Part shown: piece after piece, positions 1 to 9,169 of the stretch
Layout of the letters: every line of letters begins with the position of its first letter
How positions within the stretch are numbered: position 1 is the first letter of the stretch
Origin: Candidatus Latescibacterota bacterium
Lineage (GTDB): Bacteria; Latescibacterota; UBA2968; UBA8231
NCBI GenBank assembly: GCA_965242865.1
Contig: CBDETK010000013.1
Coordinates: 4,128,001 to 4,192,000 of the forward strand
DNA length: 64,000 nt
Reading direction: 5' to 3'
Notes under the pieces: model-generated
The model's database searches: none
What the model was told of the DNA's origin: nothing
The model's input: the letters and a program-made list of their open reading frames with translations, nothing else
Made by a program: the position numbers and the translations under genes

Positions 1-1140
1 CCCGCGTCGGTAGCCACGCGCGATTTGGATTATTCGGTGCTGTTCGATCCCTCGCTGGTCATTCCGGCCGGTGCGCTATCCGGTTCCCTGCTCTTGCTGC
101 TCGACCCGACGCCCGATAGCGCGGACGAGGGCAGCGAGACGATCACGCTCAACGGCTCGTCCGCGAGCTTGACCGGCGGCTCAGTCCACATCACGCTGCT
201 CGACGCCGGCAACACCACGACGACCCCGGAAGAGCCGGAAGAGCCGGAAGAGACGACGCCTCTCGCCTTTGCTGCCGGGACATCGGTGGATGCCCAAGAG
301 TACACGGCTGGCGCGGCGATTGACGCTATGGCACTGCCGGCCGCAGCGGGCGGTATGGGCGACGTAACCTATAGCGTCTCCGACCTGCCGGCCGGGCTGT
401 CGTTTAACCCAGCTACGCGGACGCTGTCGGGCATCCCGAACACGGCGACCGACGGAGCGGTTGAAGTCACCTACACGGCGACCGACGGAGCGGGCAACAC
501 CGCGTCGTTGACCCTTTCCATTGAGGTCAGCGCCATGCTGATGTTTGACAACTTTTTCGACTTTTTCGCCCAGTTCCTCGGGGCGGGCAAGGTCGTGCCC
601 ACAGCGTCCGGCGACGGGGCTGCCCTCCGCGAGTTCGTCGTAGGCGAGCCGGTGGAGGCCATCGTGCTGCCCCCTGCCCAAGGCGGCACCGCGCCCCTGA
701 CGTATAGCCTGTCGCCAGCGCTGCCGGCCGGGCTGGCGTTTGACGCGGCCACCCGCACAATTTCCGGGACGCCGCAAGCCGAGGGTTCGCCCGTCTATAC
801 GTACACGGTGACGGACGCGACCGGCGCGCAGGTAGAGATGCTGCTGCAGACGCGGCCCGCCGCCTTTACCTTGACCAGCAACTATCCCAACCCGTTCAAC
901 CCGGCCACGACGATCCAATACGCGCTGCCGCAAGCGGCCGACGTGCAGTTGACCGTGTACAACGTCGTCGGTCAGGTGGTGCGGACGCTGGTGGCCGAGC
1001 ATCAGAGCGCTGGCCGCTACTTGGTGACGTGGGACGCAACCGACGATAGCGGGCACAGCCTGTCGTCGGGGTTGTATTTCTACCGCCTGCAGGCCGGGGA
1101 TGAGTTTCACGCGGTCAAGAAGATGCTGCTGTTCAAGTAA
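1..1140 (+). CDS. 5'-partial secreted modular protein (Calx-beta-like, 2 putative Ig/He_PIG, C-terminal FlgD-Ig/T9SS type A-like domain)
   Basis: Frame is open from base 1 (PASVATRDLDY...). Two LPAGLxFxxATRTxSGxP motifs. C-terminus SNYPNPFNPATTIQYALP...YFYRLQAG...KKMLLFK. Confidence 0.85.
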   Translation, partial: PASVATRDLDYSVLFDPSLVIPAGALSGSLLLLLDPTPDSADEGSETITLNGSSASLTGGSVHITLLDAGNTTTTPEEPEEPEETTPLAFAAGTSVDAQEYTAGAAIDAMALPAAAGGMGDVTYSVSDLPAGLSFNPATRTLSGIPNTATDGAVEVTYTATDGAGNTASLTLSIEVSAMLMFDNFFDFFAQFLGAGKVVPTASGDGAALREFVVGEPVEAIVLPPAQGGTAPLTYSLSPALPAGLAFDAATRTISGTPQAEGSPVYTYTVTDATGAQVEMLLQTRPAAFTLTSNYPNPFNPATTIQYALPQAADVQLTVYNVVGQVVRTLVAEHQSAGRYLVTWDATDDSGHSLSSGLYFYRLQAGDEFHAVKKMLLFK

Positions 1141-1170
1141 GCACCACTCACACCCACCGCACCGCGAGTT

Positions 1171-1210
1171 CGTGAAATGGGGCCTCTCTCAAACGGAGGC
1201 CCCATTTCGC
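1171..1210 (+). terminator. Long hairpin after stop codon, probable terminator or stability hairpin
   Basis: CGTGAAATGGGGCCTC-N9-GAGGCCCCATTTCGCG, about 30 bp after the stop. No clear U tract. Confidence 0.5.
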
Positions 1211-1220
1211 GTAAGAGGCT

Positions 1221-1274
1221 CCGGGATCGAGGGCGTCCCGCCCTCGACGGGGGCAAGATGCCCTCGATCCTTGG
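1221..1274. repeat. REP-like palindromic repeat family A (doublet)
   Basis: GGGATCGAGGGCGTCCCGCCCTCG..GGGGCAAGATGCCCTCGATCC. Copies at 9052, 22154, 33874, 43387, 49479. Confidence 0.85.
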
Positions 1275-1391
1275 CAGGCGGGCGGCGCGTTGCACAAGCC
1301 CCGTGCTCCGACATGGGGCGGGAATCCAGCCGGTTTCCGTCATTTGTATGTTGCCGATTCCTTTTAGGTCGGCACGGTCTTTTCTACCTAT

Positions 1392-1418
1392 GTCATTCCC
1401 GCGAAAGCGGGAATCCAG
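1392..1418 (+). repeat. Palindromic repeat family B (dRS3/RPE-like ATTCCC-N8-GGGAAT)
   Basis: GTCATTCCCGCGAAAGCGGGAATCCAG. Copies at 31040, 44260, 51689, with a degenerate partial copy at about 1299-1329. Confidence 0.85.
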
Positions 1419-1474
1419 TAAGACGTCATTCGTCATTCGCATATAGGGATGCTTTTCTTCAAAGGGGTTAAACG

Positions 1475-4400
1475 ATGATACACACAAAGTTGTCGATACG
1501 GCGCTGGGCGTACGGGCCTTGGCTGCTGGCCGCTGGTCTGGTGTTGGGGTGGAGCGAGGACGCTGTGGCTATTTCCAGCTCTACGTCCGGCCATAGCACG
1601 GCGGCAAATCATCCTCATGCCACCAATCCCAATTTGATTTTGACGTATGACCTGAACAGCTCCGGTACAGACCATTCGATTACTGTAAACTGGAGTACGT
1701 CTCGCTCTAGGAATTTCAGCACGGGGAATGGGGCCGCGGCCACCGTGTACGCGGTGAGTTTATACAGCGGCGAGATCGATTCGGATCTTAGCAGCCCTAG
1801 CGATACTCGAATAGGTACTGAACAGTCGTATTCCGGTGCCTCTGTCGGCACCCGCACCTATTCCTTTACGGACGCCGCGATTAAGTATGAGGGCGAAGAG
1901 GGAGGAGCTACGGGCAACTACTGGGTCAGGATGGCGGTGACGGTGACCAGCACGGACGTGGATCATGCTACGAGCGTCCAGTATTTTGCAAAGCAGATAA
2001 CGGCGCGTGCGGACTACATACTGTCGGTGAATCCCAATAGTATCCGCGAGGACGCCCGCAGGACCAGTGTTACGGTAAAAGTCAAGGTCGGCAATGACGT
2101 CGCGGTAACTAAAAATACGAATGTGAACTTGAGGTTCTCTATTCCCCCGGGTAAGCTCGGGCTCAATGACCGCTTCTATATCGTTATGCCCACGCTCGCG
2201 ATTGCCAAGGGCAAGAAAGAGGCGACCGGGACGCTCATCTTTACCCCCATTAGCGAAGACACTGAAAACGAGGACCTCGCGATCACAATCTCGGGCGATG
2301 CCACCGCGCAGGAGGCCGTCAAGCCGGCCGTGATTACGCTAATTGACACGGACAAGCAAAGCGACGCGATCAATCTTTCGTTCTCGGATTCCGATCTAAG
2401 CAAGCGGGATGGTACAATCGATATCGTCGTGACGGCCACCCTGAACGGGAAGACCCAAAGAAGAGACCTGAGATTTTCCTTGGTTATTGACGAGACGAGG
2501 GGCTTGGAACGCGATGTAGATTACACGGCGGTCATGGCTCGGATAACCATTCCCGACCGCAAGGTGTCGGGCAGGGCGACGATTTCCATCCGCCCCAAGA
2601 ACGCAGGAACCGGCTCTATCTGGATCGGGGCGTCTGCCGACGTTGACCTGACGAATGACGACGGCGCCACCATAACGGTTAATCCCAATTTTATCGACAT
2701 AACGGGCGATCCCGCTGGATCGATTACCGGGCTGACCGCGGCGCCGTTCTCGGTCCGCGAGGACGCTGGCGAGAAGACGATCACCCTGAAGGTTTCCTTG
2801 GAGAACGCCTTGGTGGCGGCCGAGAGGGTCCAGTTCACCATTACGGACGACAGCGACGATCTGGGCGAGGCTTTTGCCGGCGCGGTGGATGCGGAGCGGG
2901 ATGTGGATTACGCGGCCGAAGTGGGGTCGCTCACCATTCCCAAGGGCGCGACCGAAGGGACGACGACCATGACCGTCACCCCGGTCAACAACAAAGACGA
3001 CGATCCGCCCCGGGCCTTTAAGGTGAATGCGCGGGTTGGCAACAACGAATCCTTTGTCGCGGGAATCCTGATTACCGACGACGACACCACCAGCGATTCG
3101 ATCACGCTAGAGGCGGAGCCGGCCGAGATAAACGAGGACGCGGGGCCGACCGAGATTACGGTGACCGGCACCTTAAACGGAAAGGTGTTCGACGATAACG
3201 TGATCGTGTCCTTGGTCGTTGACAACGATGTTAACGACGATGGCGACATCGATGACGATGATATGGCGGCCACGCGCGATGCCGACTACACAGCCATCCT
3301 TCGCCCGTTGGTGATTCCGGCTGGAGCGGTGTCCGGGACGACCACGGTCACGGTCACCCCCATTGCCAACGATGGAGAGGAAGACGACGAGAAGTTCCGC
3401 TTGGCGACGCTGGAGTCTAGACCGCCCCGCGGCGAAGACGACGGAGACCTCCAAGAGCTAGAGGTCAACCCGGTGACGATCACGCTGAAAGACGTCGAGG
3501 ATTCAGCCACGCCGTCCAAGACGCCGGACCCCAAGGTCCCGGCCTTTGCCAGCGCCGATTCGGTGGCCGCCCAAGAGTACGAGGTCGGGAAGGCGATTGC
3601 CGATCTCGTGCTGCCGGAAGCTACCGGCGGCGATGGCACCCTGACGTACAGCGTCTCGACCCTGCCGGCCGGCCTGACGTTTAACAGCTCAACGCGGACG
3701 CTTTCGGGCACGCCGATAGTGGTCGGAACCTCCACCATCGTGTACACGGTGATCGACAGCGACAGCGACGCGGCCGCCCTGACCTTTCCCATTGCGGTCG
3801 CCGCGGCTTCAGCGCCGGAGCCAGCCCCAGCCCCGCCGCCGGCCAACGCTGCGCTGACCGCGAGTCCTTCGTCCGTCCGCGAGGACGCTGAAGCGACGCA
3901 AGTATTTCTGACCGCGACCTTGCCAGCGCCCAAAGCCACGCCCGAACGAGTGACGTTTACGCTCGTAGGTCCGAGCGCGGGTACACCAGCCGTGCGCGAT
4001 TTGGACTACACCGCGATACTGGGAAAGAAAATTACCATTCCCGCCGGAGCGACCGTTGGGACGACGGCCTTCCCCCTCACCCCTATTGACAACACCGCGG
4101 TGGATGGGGCGAAAGCGCTGGGTGTGCAGGCTGCGTTCTCATCCGGTGGGGTGCTGCTGACCAACATCGAGATCGCGGACGACGAAACCCCGAGTACGTC
4201 GATCTCGCTGTCGGTGAATCCGCGCACGATAAGCGAGGAAGGCGCTGAGGTCTCCGTTGCGGTGACCGCCACGTTGGATGGGAAGGCGTTGCTATCGGAC
4301 GCGACCGTGCGCCTGACCATTGATGGCACTTCGACCGCGACGCGTGATGAGGACTACGCCGCGCTGTTCAATCCGCTGCTGGTGATCCCGGCTGGCTGGA

Positions 4401-5464
4401 TAACCGGGTCAACCCTGTTTGCGGTCCGCCCAATCGACGACACGGTCGCAGAGGGCAACGAGATCATCAAGCTGACTGGTACGATTGCCGGTCTGGCCGG
4501 TGACGAGGTCGAGATCATCCTGAGCGACCGAGGGACGGAAGAGCCACCGGAGGAGCCGGAGCCCGAGGAGCCCGCGCCCGAGGATCCGTCCCTTGCGTTT
4601 GCGGACGACGTTTCAATCGCGGACCAACGGTACACGGCCGAGAGGCCGGTTCCCGCTCTCGTCCTGCCGGCCGCTTCGGGCGGGTCGGGCGGCTTGCAGT
4701 ACAGCGTCTCGGCTCTGCCAGCGGGCTTGTCGTTTGACGCGGCCACGCGGACGGTTTCCGGGACGCCAGCGGAGGCCACCGAGGACGCGGTCGTCATCAT
4801 CTACACGGTCATCGACAGCGACGGCGCCGCGGCCGCGTTGACCTTCACCATCAAGGTCAATCCCCCGCTGAGTTTTGCAGCGCTTTTCGATTTGTTCAAC
4901 AGTATGGCCGGTAAGATCGTTCCGACGGCCGCGCCCAACGCGGCTGAAATCCGCGAATTTGTCGTTGGCCGCCTCGTGGAGGGCCTCGCGCTCCCGGAGG
5001 GGACCGGCGGCACCGCGCCCCTGACGTATCGCCTTTCGCCGGCCCTGCCAGCGGGCTTGTCGTTTGACGCAGCCACGCGGACGATTGCCGGCACGCCGCG
5101 AGCCGCGGCCGAACCCGTCTATACGTACACGGTTACGGACGCCAATGGCGCGAGCGCGTCGCTGGCATTGCACACGCGCCCGGCCGAATTCGCGCTGGCA
5201 GCCAATTTTCCGAACCCGTTCAACCCGGCGACGACGATCCAATACGCGCTGCCGCAAGCCGCGGATGTGGAGCTAATGGTGTACAACGTCGTCGGCCAGC
5301 CCGTTCGCACGCTCGTCGCCGAGCACCAGAGCGCGGGGCGGTATGTCGTGGAGTGGGACGCGACCGACGATAGCGGTCGCAGCCTGTCATCGGGAATGTA
5401 CTTCTACCGCTTGCAGGCGGGCGGCGAGTTCCACGCGATTAAAAAAATGCTGCTGCTCAAGTAG
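1475..5464 (+). CDS. Large secreted adhesin-like protein, 1329 aa: unique N-domain, 6 Calx-beta-like units, 3 putative Ig units, FlgD-Ig/T9SS-like CTD
   Basis: Signal peptide (WLLAAGLVLGWSEDAVA). Repeated SVREDAG / AxRDxDY / IPAG..GT..PIDD motifs. LPAGLSFDAATRT motifs. C-terminal NFPNPFNP..KKMLLLK. Confidence 0.85.
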   Translation: MIHTKLSIRRWAYGPWLLAAGLVLGWSEDAVAISSSTSGHSTAANHPHATNPNLILTYDLNSSGTDHSITVNWSTSRSRNFSTGNGAAATVYAVSLYSGEIDSDLSSPSDTRIGTEQSYSGASVGTRTYSFTDAAIKYEGEEGGATGNYWVRMAVTVTSTDVDHATSVQYFAKQITARADYILSVNPNSIREDARRTSVTVKVKVGNDVAVTKNTNVNLRFSIPPGKLGLNDRFYIVMPTLAIAKGKKEATGTLIFTPISEDTENEDLAITISGDATAQEAVKPAVITLIDTDKQSDAINLSFSDSDLSKRDGTIDIVVTATLNGKTQRRDLRFSLVIDETRGLERDVDYTAVMARITIPDRKVSGRATISIRPKNAGTGSIWIGASADVDLTNDDGATITVNPNFIDITGDPAGSITGLTAAPFSVREDAGEKTITLKVSLENALVAAERVQFTITDDSDDLGEAFAGAVDAERDVDYAAEVGSLTIPKGATEGTTTMTVTPVNNKDDDPPRAFKVNARVGNNESFVAGILITDDDTTSDSITLEAEPAEINEDAGPTEITVTGTLNGKVFDDNVIVSLVVDNDVNDDGDIDDDDMAATRDADYTAILRPLVIPAGAVSGTTTVTVTPIANDGEEDDEKFRLATLESRPPRGEDDGDLQELEVNPVTITLKDVEDSATPSKTPDPKVPAFASADSVAAQEYEVGKAIADLVLPEATGGDGTLTYSVSTLPAGLTFNSSTRTLSGTPIVVGTSTIVYTVIDSDSDAAALTFPIAVAAASAPEPAPAPPPANAALTASPSSVREDAEATQVFLTATLPAPKATPERVTFTLVGPSAGTPAVRDLDYTAILGKKITIPAGATVGTTAFPLTPIDNTAVDGAKALGVQAAFSSGGVLLTNIEIADDETPSTSISLSVNPRTISEEGAEVSVAVTATLDGKALLSDATVRLTIDGTSTATRDEDYAALFNPLLVIPAGWITGSTLFAVRPIDDTVAEGNEIIKLTGTIAGLAGDEVEIILSDRGTEEPPEEPEPEEPAPEDPSLAFADDVSIADQRYTAERPVPALVLPAASGGSGGLQYSVSALPAGLSFDAATRTVSGTPAEATEDAVVIIYTVIDSDGAAAALTFTIKVNPPLSFAALFDLFNSMAGKIVPTAAPNAAEIREFVVGRLVEGLALPEGTGGTAPLTYRLSPALPAGLSFDAATRTIAGTPRAAAEPVYTYTVTDANGASASLALHTRPAEFALAANFPNPFNPATTIQYALPQAADVELMVYNVVGQPVRTLVAEHQSAGRYVVEWDATDDSGRSLSSGMYFYRLQAGGEFHAIKKMLLLK

Positions 5465-5530
5465 CACGCGCAGCACTGCGTTTGCAAAATAGGGAGCAGC
5501 ATAAACCAGATAAGCTAGCTAAGGAATAAA

Positions 5531-5746
5531 ATGGACTGGAATAATCCGCTTATCTATATAGTTCCCGGACTAGCGATCCTTAGTGGAATTATCTATCTCT
5601 CTAGATGGATGGGTAAGACAGACGAGTCTGTTCGTCTTATCGAAGAGGCCATCAAGGAAATAAAATCCGACATCAAGGAAATACTGAGGCAGTTTTCTGG
5701 ATCGGCTGTTGAAAGAAGACCTGAATCCGGGGAGGTTGAACAATGA
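5531..5746 (+). CDS. Small membrane protein (1 TM + short coiled coil), hypothetical
   Basis: RBS AAGGA upstream. Hydrophobic N-terminus PLIYIVPGLAILSGIIYL followed by heptads IKEIKSDIKEIL. ATGA overlap with the next gene. AT-richer than flanks. Confidence 0.65.
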   Translation: MDWNNPLIYIVPGLAILSGIIYLSRWMGKTDESVRLIEEAIKEIKSDIKEILRQFSGSAVERRPESGEVEQ

Positions 5747-8700
5747 TACAGAGAAAGCGGTTGCGGCGGCGTCTTTGGCTCTGGGCCGCTGGTTTGGTGT
5801 TGGGGTGGGTCGGGGTGGCTGCGGCGCAGGAGGAGCAGGCCGACTACAAGCTGTCGGTCAATCCCAGCAGTGTGCGCGAGGACGCCGGGCCGACCAATAT
5901 CGAGGTGACGGTTGAAGTTACCGATGATACCGCGGTGGAGACAGATACTTATGTGCTCTTGGGCGTCTCAGACGAAGGGTTTAATAGCCGCTTCCGCCTG
6001 ACGCTGACCGCTCTCAGGATTCCGGCTGGCAAGAAAAAGGCAACCGGGCAGCTCACCTTCATCCCGGTTGATGATAGGGTCGTCAACGACGGGGGCGATC
6101 TGGACATTACGCTCAGCGGCAATGTTGGCAGCGGTAGGACGGTTGAAGCGACGACGCTCACGCTGATTGACGACGACAAGGATAGCCAAAACATCCATCT
6201 GTCGGCCAATATCGTCGAGTTAAACAGGTTCGATGGCGCGACCGAGATCGCGGTGACGGCCACGTTGGACGGCAAGGAACTAAGAAGGGCGACGACCTTT
6301 GTGTTGACGATTGGCGATCATCCCGACTTGAACGCCACCCCCAACAGCGAGGCCGCTGCGACCAAGGACAATCGCGAGGCGCAGCGCGACTTGGACTACA
6401 CAGTGACGCTGGCGCCGCTGACGATTCCGCGCAACTCGGTATCGGGCACCGCGACAATTACCATCACCCCGAAAAACCGGCTGCCCGGCACGATCCGAGT
6501 GGGATCCCCCACCGGGAGGGTAGAAGTTGGCGACGACGAGCTAACGATCCACCCGGTGGATCTAAAAATAAAAAAGGAGGTCGCGGCCGCGCCCGATGCC
6601 ATCGCGCTGAGTCGAGAACGCGTGCGCGAGGACGCCGGGGCGACGACGATCACGCTGAACGTCACCTTGAAGAATCCCGTGGTTGAGGACGAGACAGTGA
6701 GTCTCGTCGTTTTGCCGGTCGGCTCAGTTTTGCCGTCTGGCGGTACGGTGCCGAGCACGCCGACCCGCGATGTGCATTACACCCTGTCCTTTGGTCCACC
6801 GCTCGTCATTCCGGCCGGTGATTCTGCGGGGACGACGACGTTCACCCTGACCCCGATTGACGACGACTCGGTGGTTGCACGCGGGTCGATATACATAAGG
6901 GTTGCAGTCGGCGACGTATTGACTACGAAAGCCATTGAGATCGCCGACGACGACGCGACTAGCACCCAAATCGCGCTGACAGTGGAGCCGACCTCGATTA
7001 GCGAAGGAGCGGGTAGCACGGAGGTTGCAGTGACCGGAACGTTGAACGGAAAGGTCCTCGACGATGACGTGGTCGTGCGCTTGACCATTGACCCGGATCC
7101 CAAGGACACAGACGATGAGGGCCAGAGCGTCGATGTTGCAGAGGCCACGCGCGACATTGACTACACGGCCAGCCTGCGTCCCCTGACGATTCCGGCCGGC
7201 GCAGTGTCGGGCACGACGACGATCACCATCACCCCGATTGACGACGGCGTCGTGGATGCCAGCGAGACCATCCGGCTGACATCCGCGAGCAATCAAGTCA
7301 CGGCCGCGGACGGTCTCCAGCTAACCGTCAGCGCGGTGGATATAATGCTGAGAGATCCCGGGGAGGGCGGTGCGCCGTTCTTTGCGGCAGGTGTTACCAT
7401 TGCCGACCGGACCTACTCGGTGGGTGCGGCGATTGCCAACTTGGTGTTGCCGGAGGCTGCGGGCGGCACCGGCGACCTGACGTACGAGGTGTCGGTGCTG
7501 CCAGCGGGCTTGTCGTTTGACGAGGTCCGGCGGACGCTTTCGGGCACGCCGGTGGCAGCAACCGAGGCCCCAGTCACCATTACCTACACGGCGACTGACC
7601 GCGACGGCAACGCAGCGAGGCGGACCTTCACCATTGCGATACTGGCCGAAGCTGTGACGGTGCTGGCCTTTGCCGAAGACGCTGCCGTCGCCGACCAGAC
7701 GTACGCTGCGGGGACGGCGATTGCCGATTTGGTGCTACCGGAAGCGACGGGCGGTGCCGGCGACCTGAGATACCACCTGTTGACCTTACCGGCGGGCTTG
7801 TCGTTCAACGGGGCCACGCGGACGCTTTCGGGTACGCCGACCGCAGCCACCAACTGTGCGGTTGAAGTCACTTATATGGCGACCGATCTCAACCGGGACG
7901 CGACCGCGTTGACGTTCTCCATCACGGTCACTGCGCCTGAGCAGCCGGCGGCCGAGCTCGCTGGGCTGGCCGTGGCACCGGCGGTGATCCGCGAGGACGC
8001 CGCGACGACCGACCTCTCGCTGACGGTCACCTTGGCGGCCGCCGCGGACGAGGACGAGAGCGTGCGGTTCACGCTCGTCGAGCCGAGCGATGGCTCGCCC
8101 GCCGTGCGCGATGTGAACTACAGTGCGGTGCTACAAGCGCTGATAGTCATTCCGGCGGGCGCGACCGAGGGAACGACGACCCTGAGCCTCACGCCCATTG
8201 ACGACGCTGAGAGCGATGGCCCGAAGGCGTTGGGGGTACAGGCGATGCTCGTGTCAACCGGCGCGACCCTAGTGACGGACATCGAGATCCGAGACGACGA
8301 AGCCCCGAGTACGGCCATCTGGCTATCGGCCGCGCCGAGCGCATTGAGTGAGCAGGCCGATTTGACCACCGTTATCCTGACCGCCACGTTGGACGGGCAG
8401 GCGTTGGCCGCCGATGCGACCGTGCATTTGTCCATTGATGAAGCATCAACGGCGACGCGCGACTTGGACTACGCCGCGCTGTTTACGCCGCGGATCGAAA
8501 TTCCGGCCGGCTCGACAACGGGGACGCTGCGCTTTTACATCGACCCGGTGGCCGACGATTTGGCCGAGGGCGAGGAATTCATCCGGCTGCTCGGTGCGAT
8601 CGACGGGCTGACCGGGGACGCGGTACAAATCGTCCTGAGCGATTCCGAGGCGGCCAAGGCGGTGGCGCAAGTTCAGCCGGTCGCATTTACGTTGGCGAAC

Positions 8701-8961
8701 AACTACCCGAACCCGTTCAATCCGGCGACGACGATCCAGTACGCGCTGCCGCAAGCGGCGGACGTAGAATTGATCGTGTACAATGCGGTCGGTCAGCCGG
8801 TGCGGACGCTGGTGGCCCAGCATCAGCATGCGGGTCACTATGCAGTTGAGTGGGACGCGACCGACGACCGCGGTTACAGCTTGTCGTCGGGGATGTATCT
8901 CTACCGCTTGCAGGCGGGCGGCGAGTTCCGCGAGGTCAAGAAGATGCTGCTACTCAGATAG
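5743..8961 (+). CDS. Large secreted adhesin-like protein, 1072 aa: 6 Calx-beta-like units, 2 putative Ig units, FlgD-Ig/T9SS-like CTD
   Basis: Signal peptide (WLWAAGLVLGWVGVAAA-Q). Same repeat motifs as 1475-5464. C-terminal NNYPNPFNP..KKMLLLR. Confidence 0.85.
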   Translation: MIQRKRLRRRLWLWAAGLVLGWVGVAAAQEEQADYKLSVNPSSVREDAGPTNIEVTVEVTDDTAVETDTYVLLGVSDEGFNSRFRLTLTALRIPAGKKKATGQLTFIPVDDRVVNDGGDLDITLSGNVGSGRTVEATTLTLIDDDKDSQNIHLSANIVELNRFDGATEIAVTATLDGKELRRATTFVLTIGDHPDLNATPNSEAAATKDNREAQRDLDYTVTLAPLTIPRNSVSGTATITITPKNRLPGTIRVGSPTGRVEVGDDELTIHPVDLKIKKEVAAAPDAIALSRERVREDAGATTITLNVTLKNPVVEDETVSLVVLPVGSVLPSGGTVPSTPTRDVHYTLSFGPPLVIPAGDSAGTTTFTLTPIDDDSVVARGSIYIRVAVGDVLTTKAIEIADDDATSTQIALTVEPTSISEGAGSTEVAVTGTLNGKVLDDDVVVRLTIDPDPKDTDDEGQSVDVAEATRDIDYTASLRPLTIPAGAVSGTTTITITPIDDGVVDASETIRLTSASNQVTAADGLQLTVSAVDIMLRDPGEGGAPFFAAGVTIADRTYSVGAAIANLVLPEAAGGTGDLTYEVSVLPAGLSFDEVRRTLSGTPVAATEAPVTITYTATDRDGNAARRTFTIAILAEAVTVLAFAEDAAVADQTYAAGTAIADLVLPEATGGAGDLRYHLLTLPAGLSFNGATRTLSGTPTAATNCAVEVTYMATDLNRDATALTFSITVTAPEQPAAELAGLAVAPAVIREDAATTDLSLTVTLAAAADEDESVRFTLVEPSDGSPAVRDVNYSAVLQALIVIPAGATEGTTTLSLTPIDDAESDGPKALGVQAMLVSTGATLVTDIEIRDDEAPSTAIWLSAAPSALSEQADLTTVILTATLDGQALAADATVHLSIDEASTATRDLDYAALFTPRIEIPAGSTTGTLRFYIDPVADDLAEGEEFIRLLGAIDGLTGDAVQIVLSDSEAAKAVAQVQPVAFTLANNYPNPFNPATTIQYALPQAADVELIVYNAVGQPVRTLVAQHQHAGHYAVEWDATDDRGYSLSSGMYLYRLQAGGEFREVKKMLLLR

Positions 8962-8986
8962 CGGCCGCGGCCTTGCCCAATAGCAC

Positions 8987-9018
8987 GAGCCCCTCCCAAA
9001 AGGGAGGGGCTTTTTATT
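8987..9018 (+). terminator. Rho-independent terminator
   Basis: GAGCCCCTCCC-AAAA-GGGAGGGGCT followed by TTTTATTTT. Confidence 0.85.
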
Positions 9019-9051
9019 TTTCTTTTACTACCCGCCATCCGCCTCTGCCTT

Positions 9052-9105
9052 CCAAGGATCGAGGGCATCTTGCCCTCGCCGAGGGCGGGACGCCCTCGAT
9101 CCCGG
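9052..9105. repeat. REP-like repeat family A (doublet, opposite orientation to 1221)
   Basis: CCAAGGATCGAGGGCATCTTGCCCTCGCCGAGGGCGGGACGCCCTCGATCCCGG. Confidence 0.85.
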
Positions 9106-9169
9106 ACGCATTGGCAATACCAGAGTACGCAAAGGAGGGGAGCTTCCCTTAAACTGTTGCCCTCTGTCC

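Noticed and set aside
3220-3262. Dockerin domain (DNDVNDDGDIDDDD)
   Set aside because: Only a single acidic EF-hand-like loop inside a Calx-like unit. The second dockerin repeat is absent.
865-8961. Diversity-generating retroelement (TR/VR) among repeated C-termini
   Set aside because: No reverse transcriptase in the window. Differences are mostly synonymous and not adenine-specific, and all copies are coding.
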